A stretch of DNA of 49,503 bases from NCBI GenBank assembly GCA_964576115.1, contig CAZNUA010000025.1:1-49503 (forward strand). The letters are read 5' to 3'. The notes under the pieces were generated by a model. It made no database searches. It saw only the letters and a program-made list of their open reading frames with translations, and was not told the origin of the DNA. Shown here piece after piece: positions 21,560 through 29,387 of this stretch. Made by a program: the position numbers and the translations under genes. Source of the DNA: an uncultured Gemmatimonadota bacterium. Lineage in GTDB: Bacteria; Blakebacterota; Blakebacteria; Blakebacterales; Blakebacteraceae. Each line of letters starts with the position of its first letter. Position 1 is the first letter of the stretch.

Positions 21560-22047
21560 CAGGAGCCCTCTCCGGCAAAGGGCTCGAGTTCGCCATAGTC
21601 GGCCCCCAGGATGACCGTCACCTGCAGCATCAGGTCGGGTCGTACCTGGCGGATGACATTCCCGGTACCCAGTGAACGGGCCAACCGACGGGCCACGGCG
21701 ATCTCTCCGACCCGGTCGATGACAATCGTCTCGGCATAGTCGAAGCCGTCGGCGTTCTCGGTCGCCACCACATCGAAACCCTGTTCCACGAGCCAGGCCT
21801 GAGCCCGGGCGGCGATCCCCGACACCCCGCAGCCGTTCAGGACTTCCACCTGGGGACGGGTATCGGGGGCTTCGGCGGCGGCTCTCTCGAGCCCGGCGAA
21901 AGCATCGGCGGGCGGCGCATCGGAACGGCGCGGAAAGATCGTCAGCCCCACGATCGCAACGACGACGGCGGCCACACCCAACACCGCGAAGACACGGATC
22001 AGGATCGCGCGCGACTTCGGGGGCGATTGTGCGGGATCGAGTACTAT
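21559..22047 (-). CDS. Membrane-anchored LytR C-terminal domain protein (start uncertain: ATA 22047 or GTG 21984)
   Basis: One TM helix followed by QVEVLNGCGVSGIA..GFDV..NA..VTVILGADY (LytR_C). Confidence 0.85.
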   Translation of the reverse strand: MVLDPAQSPPKSRAILIRVFAVLGVAAVVVAIVGLTIFPRRSDAPPADAFAGLERAAAEAPDTRPQVEVLNGCGVSGIAARAQAWLVEQGFDVVATENADGFDYAETIVIDRVGEIAVARRLARSLGTGNVIRQVRPDLMLQVTVILGADYGELEPFAGEGS

Positions 22048-22050
22048 CGC

Positions 22051-22407
22051 TCAGGCCTCCAGAGGGGCGTTGTCGGCGTCCACCTGGACCACCACCGGCA
22101 GGTGGGAGGCGGCACTGTCATGATCCATCTGCGCGTATGTCAGGATGATAATCTCATCCCCGGCGTATCCGAGCCGGGCGGCGGGACCATTCAGAATCAC
22201 CTCACCGTTGCCCCGTTCCCGGCCCCTGATCAGATAGGTCGTCAGACGGGTGCCGTTATTGAGGTTCACGACCTGAACCTGTTCGTGAGGCAGCATCCCG
22301 GCGGCTTCCATCAAGACCGGATCGAGGGTCAGACTGCCTTCGTAGTACAGTTCGTTCCCGGTTACCCGGGCTCGCATGATCTTCGATTTCAGAACGGTGA
22401 TGAGCAC
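22051..22407 (-). CDS. panD: Aspartate 1-decarboxylase
   Basis: KSKI, self-cleavage site YEG|SLT, NNGTRLTTY, LNGPAARL. Confidence 0.95.
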   Translation of the reverse strand: MLITVLKSKIMRARVTGNELYYEGSLTLDPVLMEAAGMLPHEQVQVVNLNNGTRLTTYLIRGRERGNGEVILNGPAARLGYAGDEIIILTYAQMDHDSAASHLPVVVQVDADNAPLEA

Positions 22408-23259
22408 TTAGCTCTCCCGGTGTACGAGCTCGTTGTCAATCAGGCGGGTCGTGCCGATCCGGACGGCGAGACAGATGCGGGCCGAGGTTTCGAGACGGTC
22501 GAGGGGCTGGAAGGAATCGGGCTCGACAACCGCAAGATAGTCGATACGGGCGTCGGGTTCGCGTTCGATCCGTTCCCGCAGCGCCGCAACCAGAGCCGCG
22601 GCATCCCTCTGCCCTGCGTTGACGAGTTCGCGCGCCGACCGCAGGGCGTCGCTGAGGCAGACCGCCTGCTTTCGCTCCGCGGGCGAAAGGTACGCGTTGC
22701 GGCTGGAGAGGGCAAGGCCGTCGGCCGAACGTACGGTCGGCCCGACGAGCACCTCGACGGCGAAGCCCAGGTCGCGCACGAGCCGGGTCAGCACCGCCGC
22801 CTGCTGGGCATCCTTCTCTCCCAGGACGAGCAGGTCGGGTTCAACCGCAATCAACAGCCGGGTCACGACGGTCGTCACACCCCGGAAATGCCCCGGGCGG
22901 ATGCGGCCTTCCAGCCCGGCCGCAACTGTCTCTTCGGTCACCCAGGTGCTGTAACCGGGAGGATAGATCTCGTCGGCGGTCGGGATCCAGACGGTGTCGA
23001 CCGGGCCTTGCGCGAGCTGGTCGAGATCGCCCTGCAGATCGCGGGGATAGCGGTCGAGATCCTCATCGGGGCCGAACTGGGTGGGATTGAGAAAGATGCT
23101 CACCACCACCCGATCGGCTCGTTCGGCGGCCAGGTCCACCAGGGACAGGTGCCCGGCGTGCAGAGCCCCCATGGTCGGTACGAAGGCGATGGTCCGGCCG
23201 GCGACGCGCTCGGCCCGGGACCAGGCGCGGATCGCGGCGGTCTGCTCGAAACGCTCCAT
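22408..23259 (-). CDS. panC: Pantoate--beta-alanine ligase
   Basis: PTMGALHAGH, NPTQF, RPGHFRGV, GEKDAQQ, GLALSSRN, RLIDN. Confidence 0.97.
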   Translation of the reverse strand: MERFEQTAAIRAWSRAERVAGRTIAFVPTMGALHAGHLSLVDLAAERADRVVVSIFLNPTQFGPDEDLDRYPRDLQGDLDQLAQGPVDTVWIPTADEIYPPGYSTWVTEETVAAGLEGRIRPGHFRGVTTVVTRLLIAVEPDLLVLGEKDAQQAAVLTRLVRDLGFAVEVLVGPTVRSADGLALSSRNAYLSPAERKQAVCLSDALRSARELVNAGQRDAAALVAALRERIEREPDARIDYLAVVEPDSFQPLDRLETSARICLAVRIGTTRLIDNELVHRES

Positions 23260-23260
23260 G

Positions 23261-24103
23261 TCAGCCCTGGTCGGGAAAGAAGGATTCGTCCTCGGTGGGA
23301 AAACCGCCGTTGCGCACGTCGTCGACATAGTGTTCGACAGCGGTCCTGATCTCCCCGGCCAGTTCGGCGTAGCGCCGCACGAAACGCGGTTTGAAGGCCG
23401 TGAAGAGACCGAGCAGATCGTGAGTGACCAGCACCTGCCCGTCACAGCCGGCCCCGGCGCCGATCCCGATGGTGGGGATCTCCAGTTCGTCGCTCACCCG
23501 GGTGGCCAGGGGAGCGGGGATCTTCTCGAGCACGATCGAAAAGGCCCCCGCCTCCTGCAGGAGGCGGGCGTCCTCCATCAGCTTCTCGGCGTCGGCGGTA
23601 TCGGTGCCCTGCAGGTGCCAGCCGCCGAAACTGTGGATGCTCTGCGGCGTGAGACCGAGGTGCCCCATGACGGGGATGCCGGTCGTGACCAGGCGCTGGA
23701 TGGTCGGCACGATGTGCCGTCCCCCTTCGAGCTTGACCGCTTCGGCACCTCCCTCGGCCAGCAGCCGGCCGGCGTTGCGAACCGCTTCATCGGGATTCAC
23801 CTGGTAGGTCAGAAAAGGCATGTCGGCCACCAGGAGCGCATTCTCGACCCCTCCGGCCACCCAGCTGGTCATCAGGAGGATCTCATCCAGGGTCACGCTC
23901 AGGGTGTCCCGCCGGCCGGCCACGACCATACCCGCCGAATCGCCGACCAGGATGACCTCGACTCCGGCCTCTTCGAGCAGAGCCGCGGTGATGGCATCGT
24001 ACGCGGTCAGGCTCACGATCTTCCGGCCCTCCGCCTTCATCCGGCGCAGGGTGCGGGTGGTGATCTTGCGGCGGGCGGGAACGGGAGGCGGGGTGACACT
24101 CAT
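23261..24103 (-). CDS. panB: 3-methyl-2-oxobutanoate hydroxymethyltransferase
   Basis: LTAYD, LVGDS, ADMPF, VKLEGG, GHLGLTPQS, IGIGAG..CDGQVLV. Confidence 0.97.
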   Translation of the reverse strand: MSVTPPPVPARRKITTRTLRRMKAEGRKIVSLTAYDAITAALLEEAGVEVILVGDSAGMVVAGRRDTLSVTLDEILLMTSWVAGGVENALLVADMPFLTYQVNPDEAVRNAGRLLAEGGAEAVKLEGGRHIVPTIQRLVTTGIPVMGHLGLTPQSIHSFGGWHLQGTDTADAEKLMEDARLLQEAGAFSIVLEKIPAPLATRVSDELEIPTIGIGAGAGCDGQVLVTHDLLGLFTAFKPRFVRRYAELAGEIRTAVEHYVDDVRNGGFPTEDESFFPDQG

Positions 24104-24108
24104 ATCGG

Positions 24109-24744
24109 TTACCCCCGGGGACCGTAGAAGGTCGTTCCGGCGTGCGGCCGCCTGATCTGTTCGATCAGATCGTCGAGATCGGCCTGGCGGTGGACGAAAT
24201 CGATCTGGCTCGTGTTCACGACCAGCAGCGGACCGGCGTCGTAGTGGAAGAAATAGTAGTTGTAGGCTTCGTTGAGCGAGCGCAGGTAGTCTTCGGAGAG
24301 ACGTCGTTCGAAAGCCCGGCCCCGGCGCCGGATCCGTTCCAGCAACACCTCGGTCGTGGCCTGCAGGTAGATGATCAGATCGGGTACCACGATCTCCGGT
24401 TCGATCAGATCGACCAGCTTTTCGTACAGCGCCAGTTCCTTATCGTCGAGGGTCAGATAGGCGAAGATCTTGTCCTTGGCGAAGAGGTAGTCGGCGATGA
24501 CCAGATCGTGGAAGAGATCCTGCTGGTTGAACTCCTGCTGCTGCATGTACCGCGAGAGGGTGAAAAAAAGCTGGGTTTTGAAGGCATAGCGACGGGGGTC
24601 GCGGTAGAAATCGTCGAGAAAGGGATTCTCGTCGGGCTTCTCGAGCACCAGCCGGGCGCCCAGACGCCGTCCCAGCAGGGTCGCCAGGCTGGTTTTCCCG
24701 ACCCCGATCGAACCCTCGATCGCGATATAGCGTGCTTCCTTCAC
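24109..24744 (-). CDS. Deoxynucleoside kinase (intact P-loop)
   Basis: IEGSIGVGKTS, NPFL..FY, QLFF, ADY, PDLIIYLQA, RIRRRGR.FE. Confidence 0.92.
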   Translation of the reverse strand: MKEARYIAIEGSIGVGKTSLATLLGRRLGARLVLEKPDENPFLDDFYRDPRRYAFKTQLFFTLSRYMQQQEFNQQDLFHDLVIADYLFAKDKIFAYLTLDDKELALYEKLVDLIEPEIVVPDLIIYLQATTEVLLERIRRRGRAFERRLSEDYLRSLNEAYNYYFFHYDAGPLLVVNTSQIDFVHRQADLDDLIEQIRRPHAGTTFYGPRG

Positions 24745-24765
24745 CGCTTCACTCCCTGGTCGGTG

Positions 24766-25452
24766 TCAGGTGCCTGGATTGTAGTATCGCACTCCGGCAT
24801 GGGTTCGTTCCAGCTCGGCCACGAGTCGCTGCAGGGCCTCGTCGCTGTTCGCGAGTTCCTCCTGCGGACCGTTGACGATCAGCAGGGGGGTCTCCTCGTA
24901 GTGTAGGAAATAGTAGTTATAGGCCTCCACGACTGCCACCAGGTATTCCCGTCCGAGTCTGAGCCAGATTTCGTCCCGCCGCTGATTCAGGCGCCGGTAC
25001 AGCGTGTCGGAATCGTACTGCAGGTAGATGACCAGATCGGGCCGGTGGATATCGCGCTCCACCACGCCGGCCAGCTTCTCGTAGAGCGCCAGCTCCCGAT
25101 CGTCGAGGGTCAGGGAGGCAAAGAGGCGATCGCGGGCGAAGAGGTAATCGGCCACCACGGTCGGTTGGAAAAGATCGCGCTGGACGATCGTTTCCTGCTG
25201 CTGCATGACGCGGCTGAGGGTGAAAAAAAGCTGCGTTTTGAACGCGTAGCGCCGCGAGTCGGTCAGAAAATCTTGCAGGAACGGATTCTCGCGCGCCCGG
25301 TCGAGAACGAGACGGCCGCCGATCGCCCGGGCCAGACGGGCGGCCAGGGTGGTCGCACCCGATCCGGGGGGACCCTCCACGACCAGATAGGAGAGCCAGA
25401 GCGATTCACCGCGGCTGGCGATCTCGCTGCGGACCGGTCGGCGCACGCTCAT
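24766..25452 (-). CDS. Deoxynucleoside kinase paralogue with degenerate P-loop
   Basis: Co-linear with the downstream kinase (YAFKTQLFFTLSR, ADYLFA, ELALYEKL, EAYNYYF), but the P-loop reads EGPPGSGATT. Confidence 0.85.
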   Translation of the reverse strand: MSVRRPVRSEIASRGESLWLSYLVVEGPPGSGATTLAARLARAIGGRLVLDRARENPFLQDFLTDSRRYAFKTQLFFTLSRVMQQQETIVQRDLFQPTVVADYLFARDRLFASLTLDDRELALYEKLAGVVERDIHRPDLVIYLQYDSDTLYRRLNQRRDEIWLRLGREYLVAVVEAYNYYFLHYEETPLLIVNGPQEELANSDEALQRLVAELERTHAGVRYYNPGT

Positions 25453-26006
25453 CCTCCACCTCCCTCTCGCGACGAGTCCGGTCGATGAGTCAACATGGCC
25501 CCGATGCGACGAACGTTCTCCCGGGCGGGCAGGGATGTCCGGGCCCGGTCGAGCAGAGTGCGGACCGGTCCCTGCCCGGGTATCTCGAGCGAGGGAGCCA
25601 GCTCGACCAGGGGAACGAGGACGAAGAGCCGTTCGGTGAGGGCGGGATGCGGAATGATGAGATCGGATTCCTGCACCGTCAGATCGTCGTAGAGCAGGAT
25701 ATCGATATCGAGTTCGCGGGGACCGTACCGAACCCGCGCCTGCCGTCCGGCGGCTGCTTCGACCGCCTGACAGACCGCCAGCAGAGCCCGCGGGTCCAGC
25801 CCGGTCTGGAAGAGTCCCACGCCGTTGATGAATGCCGGCTGATCGGACAGATACTTCGGTCGGCTGGTATAGAGACTCGAAAAACCCACCAGTTCAACCC
25901 CCCGCTCGGTCAGACCGGCCGTCCCGGCCCGGATCGCCCCCACTCGATCCCCCAGATTGGCGCCGAAGGCAAGGTAGGCGTCGTGAAGAGGGGGCGAAGG
26001 CGTCAT
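25449..26006 (-). CDS. folK: 2-amino-4-hydroxy-6-hydroxymethyldihydropteridine diphosphokinase
   Basis: AYLAFGANLG, QPAFIN, RYGPRELDIDIL, IPHP..ERLFVLVPL. Confidence 0.94.
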   Translation of the reverse strand: MTPSPPLHDAYLAFGANLGDRVGAIRAGTAGLTERGVELVGFSSLYTSRPKYLSDQPAFINGVGLFQTGLDPRALLAVCQAVEAAAGRQARVRYGPRELDIDILLYDDLTVQESDLIIPHPALTERLFVLVPLVELAPSLEIPGQGPVRTLLDRARTSLPARENVRRIGAMLTHRPDSSREGGGG

Positions 26007-26015
26007 CGGGCTTTC

Positions 26016-26375
26016 TCAGGGCCGGACGATTTCGACCTCGTAGCCCGGTTCGTCGGGATCGTAGCGGCGCGCTCCCGGTTTGCGCAGCGTCACCCGGGCG
26101 CTCTCGACCGGTCCGATATCGAGCAGAGTGTCGGCGATACTCTGCGCCACGGTTTCGATCAGGCTGCACGGCCGGCCTTCCACGACCTGTTTGATCCGCC
26201 GGTAGATTTCGCGCGAATCCACGCCCCGGTCGAGGTCGTCGGCCGCCGCAGCGGGCCGCTGGTCGAAGGCGACCTCGACGTCGACCTCGAAAATCTGCCC
26301 CCCCTCCCGCTCCTCCTGTGTCTCGCCGTGATAGGCGTAAAAGCGGAGGTTCTTCATGCGGAGGGTGTCGGTCAT
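26016..26375 (-). CDS. folB: Dihydroneopterin aldolase family protein
   Basis: RFYAYHG..EE..GQIFEVD, LIETVA, TLRKP. Start at ATG 26375, overlapping the upstream stop. Confidence 0.88.
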   Translation of the reverse strand: MTDTLRMKNLRFYAYHGETQEEREGGQIFEVDVEVAFDQRPAAAADDLDRGVDSREIYRRIKQVVEGRPCSLIETVAQSIADTLLDIGPVESARVTLRKPGARRYDPDEPGYEVEIVRP

Positions 26376-27562
26376 GTCTGTTCGCCGATCCGGGCCAGCC
26401 GGGCCGCGCTTTCCTCGAGACGTTCCTCCGGAGCGGTCAGGGAAAAGCGCACATACCCCCGGCCCTGCTGCCCGAAGGCACGCCCGGGGCACAGCGCCAC
26501 CCCGGCTCGCTCCAGGATCCGGGTACACCAGGCCGTCTCGTCCCCGGCCTTCGGGCCCAGGCGGGCCCAGAGATAGATCGTCGCGACCGGAGGTGAAGCT
26601 TCCAGACCCAGGGCCTCGAGAGCGGGCAGGAGCAGATCGCGCCGGGCCTGATAGCGGGCACTGACGGCCGGGGCGATCTCGCCGGCCAGTCCGAGCGCCA
26701 CAGATGCGGCGTGCTGGACGACCGCGAACTGTCCGGAATCGTAATAATTCTTCGTCCGGGCCAGGACCGCGATCACCTCGGGATCGCCTACCGCAAACCC
26801 GCAGCGCCAGCCGGCCATCGAAAAAGTCTTCGAGAGGCTGTGCAGTTCGATGACCCGGCTCCCTGCCGCCCCCCCGCCGGCCTCGGGTGCCTGCAGCAGA
26901 CTCGGCGGACGATACCCGTCGAATCCGATATCGGCATAGGCGTTGTCGTTCAGGAGTACCGCTCCCCGGGTCCGGGCCCAGCGGATGGCCTGGTCGAAAT
27001 CGTCGAATCCGGCCGTGGCCGAGGTCGGGTTGTGAGGGTAATTGAGAATGACGAGCCGGACTGGAGCGTTCCCGCACAGACTGGATTCCAGTTCGTTCCA
27101 CTGCGGCCGCCATCCCGCTCCGGGATCGAGCGGGAGAGTGACCGGTTCGGCTCCGGCCAGGTGCAGTCCGGGGCGGTAGGCCAGGTATCCCGGATCGGGA
27201 AAGACCCCCACCTCACCAGGTTCGCAGAGCCCGAGGGGGAGATGGGCCAGGGCTTCCTTACTGCCCAGCAGGGCCAGAACCTGGGTCATCGGATCGAGGC
27301 TGACCCCGAACCGCGTCTGCATGTAGGCCGCGACACTCTCCCGGAACTCCCCGGTCCCGCCGCCGAACATATAGCCGTGACAGCCGCCTTCGGCCAGGAA
27401 AGCGCGAGCTGCCTCGACGATGCGGGGATCGGGTTCCAGATCGGGGGAACCGATCGAGAGATCGATGACATCGACTCCCTCCCGGCTCAGGGAGGCGACC
27501 CGGGCTTTGAGTTCGGCCGCCAAGTAGGGGGGCAGGGTTCCAAGCTGTTTATTGCTCAGCAT
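26372..27562 (-). CDS. Class I/II PLP aminotransferase (LL-diaminopimelate aminotransferase/MtnE-like)
   Basis: LPPYL..IDLSIGSPD, GSKEALAHL, PDPGY, LNYPHNPT, DNAY, HSLSKTFSMAGWRCG. Confidence 0.85.
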   Translation of the reverse strand: MLSNKQLGTLPPYLAAELKARVASLSREGVDVIDLSIGSPDLEPDPRIVEAARAFLAEGGCHGYMFGGGTGEFRESVAAYMQTRFGVSLDPMTQVLALLGSKEALAHLPLGLCEPGEVGVFPDPGYLAYRPGLHLAGAEPVTLPLDPGAGWRPQWNELESSLCGNAPVRLVILNYPHNPTSATAGFDDFDQAIRWARTRGAVLLNDNAYADIGFDGYRPPSLLQAPEAGGGAAGSRVIELHSLSKTFSMAGWRCGFAVGDPEVIAVLARTKNYYDSGQFAVVQHAASVALGLAGEIAPAVSARYQARRDLLLPALEALGLEASPPVATIYLWARLGPKAGDETAWCTRILERAGVALCPGRAFGQQGRGYVRFSLTAPEERLEESAARLARIGEQT

Positions 27563-28337
27563 CGTCGGCCTGCCCGAGCAGATCCTGCATGACATCATCC
27601 ATGGTGAAGAAGCCCGTCCGCCCCACCAGCCAGAGAGCGGCCTGCACCGCCCCGGCGGCATGAACCCTCCGATCACGCACCCGGTGGACGATCTCGAGAC
27701 TCTCACCGGGCCCGTCGAACCCGACCTGGTGCACCCCGGGGGCATAGCCGGCCCGGGCCGAGGCGATACTGAGCTGGTTGGGTTCGAGAGGACCCGCCGA
27801 GGGCCCGATCTGGAGCAGGTTCTTCCGCTTGATCGTGTCGAGCAGGATCTCGCCGAGATGCAGGGCCGCCCCGCCGGGTGAGTCCCGCCGGGCGGCGTGT
27901 TGCTGTTCGGTGACCCAGGGATCGTAGGCCGGGTCGATATCGAAGAGTTGCCCGGCCCGGCGGACGAGGTGAAAGAGAACGTTGGCCGCGAACGAGAACG
28001 AGGGGGCATAGAGAGCCGTGCCCCCGCCGTTGATGACGATCCCTTCGACTTCGGTCTGGACGTGCTGCCAGCCGGTGGTTCCGATCAGCAGGGGCAGATC
28101 GAGCTCGACCGCGCGGCGTACGTGGGCGGGGACGGCCTCGGCGACGGTGAAGTCCGCCGCCATCGCGGCCCCTTTGCAGTCGTTCTTCTTCCGCGGCAGA
28201 CCGCGACGCAGCTCGTCGCCGCTGAAAACCCGGGTGATCGTGATCCGGTGAGCCCGGGCGTGCTCCTGCAGAGCCCGGGACATCCGACCGTTCCCGAAAA
28301 GGCAGAGTTTCGGGGCTTCGTCTTCCGGTGTCGTCAC
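27549..28337 (-). CDS. DapB-like (4-hydroxy-tetrahydrodipicolinate reductase fold) protein with substituted active site
   Basis: GNGRM, ADFT, IGTTGW, R.G..PGVH.V.F, AAGAVQAA. GTG 28337 follows TAAGGAG. Catalytic loop reads EQQHAARRDSPGGAA. Confidence 0.8.
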   Translation of the reverse strand: MTTPEDEAPKLCLFGNGRMSRALQEHARAHRITITRVFSGDELRRGLPRKKNDCKGAAMAADFTVAEAVPAHVRRAVELDLPLLIGTTGWQHVQTEVEGIVINGGGTALYAPSFSFAANVLFHLVRRAGQLFDIDPAYDPWVTEQQHAARRDSPGGAALHLGEILLDTIKRKNLLQIGPSAGPLEPNQLSIASARAGYAPGVHQVGFDGPGESLEIVHRVRDRRVHAAGAVQAALWLVGRTGFFTMDDVMQDLLGQADDAEQ

Positions 28338-28415
28338 ACGCTGCTCCTTACCCAGGGGGAGATGTTCTGCTGACGCCGAGATCGCGGAAAAGAACCGTTT
28401 CGGCACGAAAACAAG

Positions 28416-29066
28416 TTAACGCCTCCGATAGGTGAGGAACACCTCTTCCGCTCCCGGCTCGATCGCCGTCAGGAGAAACCGGCCGGGGGCGGGCAGACCC
28501 TCTTGACCGGCGCAGATCGAGGGCGCCCCGTCACCACCGATCAACCAGGGGGTGAGGGTGAGGTAGATTTCATCCACCAGATCCCGGGCGAAGAAACCCG
28601 CCGCCAATCCCCCCCCACCCTCCACCAGGATCCGCTCGTATCCGGTCTCCCGGAGGCGGGCGGCGAGAGCCTCGAGATCGACGCGTTCGGTCCCGAGGCG
28701 CCACACGTCAGCCTGTTCAGCCGTTCCGGCCGGAAGTTCGGGGGCCGTGGTTGTCGTCGCCACGATGGTCCGGTTCGGTCCGGCGAACACCCGGCCCGCA
28801 GGCAGAGCGAGCGAGGCGGAGACGACCGTCACCGCCGGTTGAGAGGAACGTCCGGCGGCGGCGCGTTCGGCGGCCGCCTCGGCGGAGAGGGCGAAGGGCG
28901 GATCCTCGGCTCTGAGGGTTCCGGCACCGATGACGATCACGTCGGCCCAGGTCCGGTGCCCGGCCATGCGGTCGAGGTCGGCCCGGCTGCCCAGCCGGAA
29001 GGGCTTCCGGGAGGCGGGGGCGATTTTCCCGTCGAGACTGACCGCCATGTTGATCCGTATACTCAT
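28416..29066 (-). CDS. RibD C-terminal domain reductase (DHFR-fold, pyrimidine reductase-like)
   Basis: AVSLDGKIA, IGAGTLRAEDP, LVEGGG, LVDEIYLTLTPWLIGG; no deaminase domain. Confidence 0.88.
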   Translation of the reverse strand: MSIRINMAVSLDGKIAPASRKPFRLGSRADLDRMAGHRTWADVIVIGAGTLRAEDPPFALSAEAAAERAAAGRSSQPAVTVVSASLALPAGRVFAGPNRTIVATTTTAPELPAGTAEQADVWRLGTERVDLEALAARLRETGYERILVEGGGGLAAGFFARDLVDEIYLTLTPWLIGGDGAPSICAGQEGLPAPGRFLLTAIEPGAEEVFLTYRRR

Positions 29067-29143
29067 CGCCGTTACGACATCCTCCCGGACCGGGGACCGG
29101 CGTGTGCCGAGTCACTCCTGCGCCGTCATTCATCCTGTGCTGC

Positions 29144-29173
29144 AGCATACGGATCGGGTCCCCTTCCGCTCAA
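29144..29173 (-). promoter_or_regulatory. Putative sigma-70 promoter for the RibD_C gene
   Basis: Minus strand TTGAGC-18 nt-TATGCT. Confidence 0.35.
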
Positions 29174-29387
29174 CCGCAAAGAATATGGATATTCAGACCT
29201 GAAACTATATTTCCGTCTTGCGTCACCCCTCTCCAGACTTTTCCTTGCAACTGCTTGCCGCCGTCGGGATCATTAGGCGGGAGCTGCGGGCGGCTTCCCC
29301 TTCGCGCTGCATAATGATGTGAGCCGAGAGCAGATCCCGGCGTACGTGACAAAAATTAACCAATCCGCATCGCACCCGAGGGTACCC

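Noticed and set aside
29344..29363. GTGACAAAAATTAAC upstream of hoxF as a Rex operator
   Set aside because: Half-site spacing is 7 rather than 6 and the outer TT/AA bases do not match. Attractive for an NADH-linked operon but unsupported.
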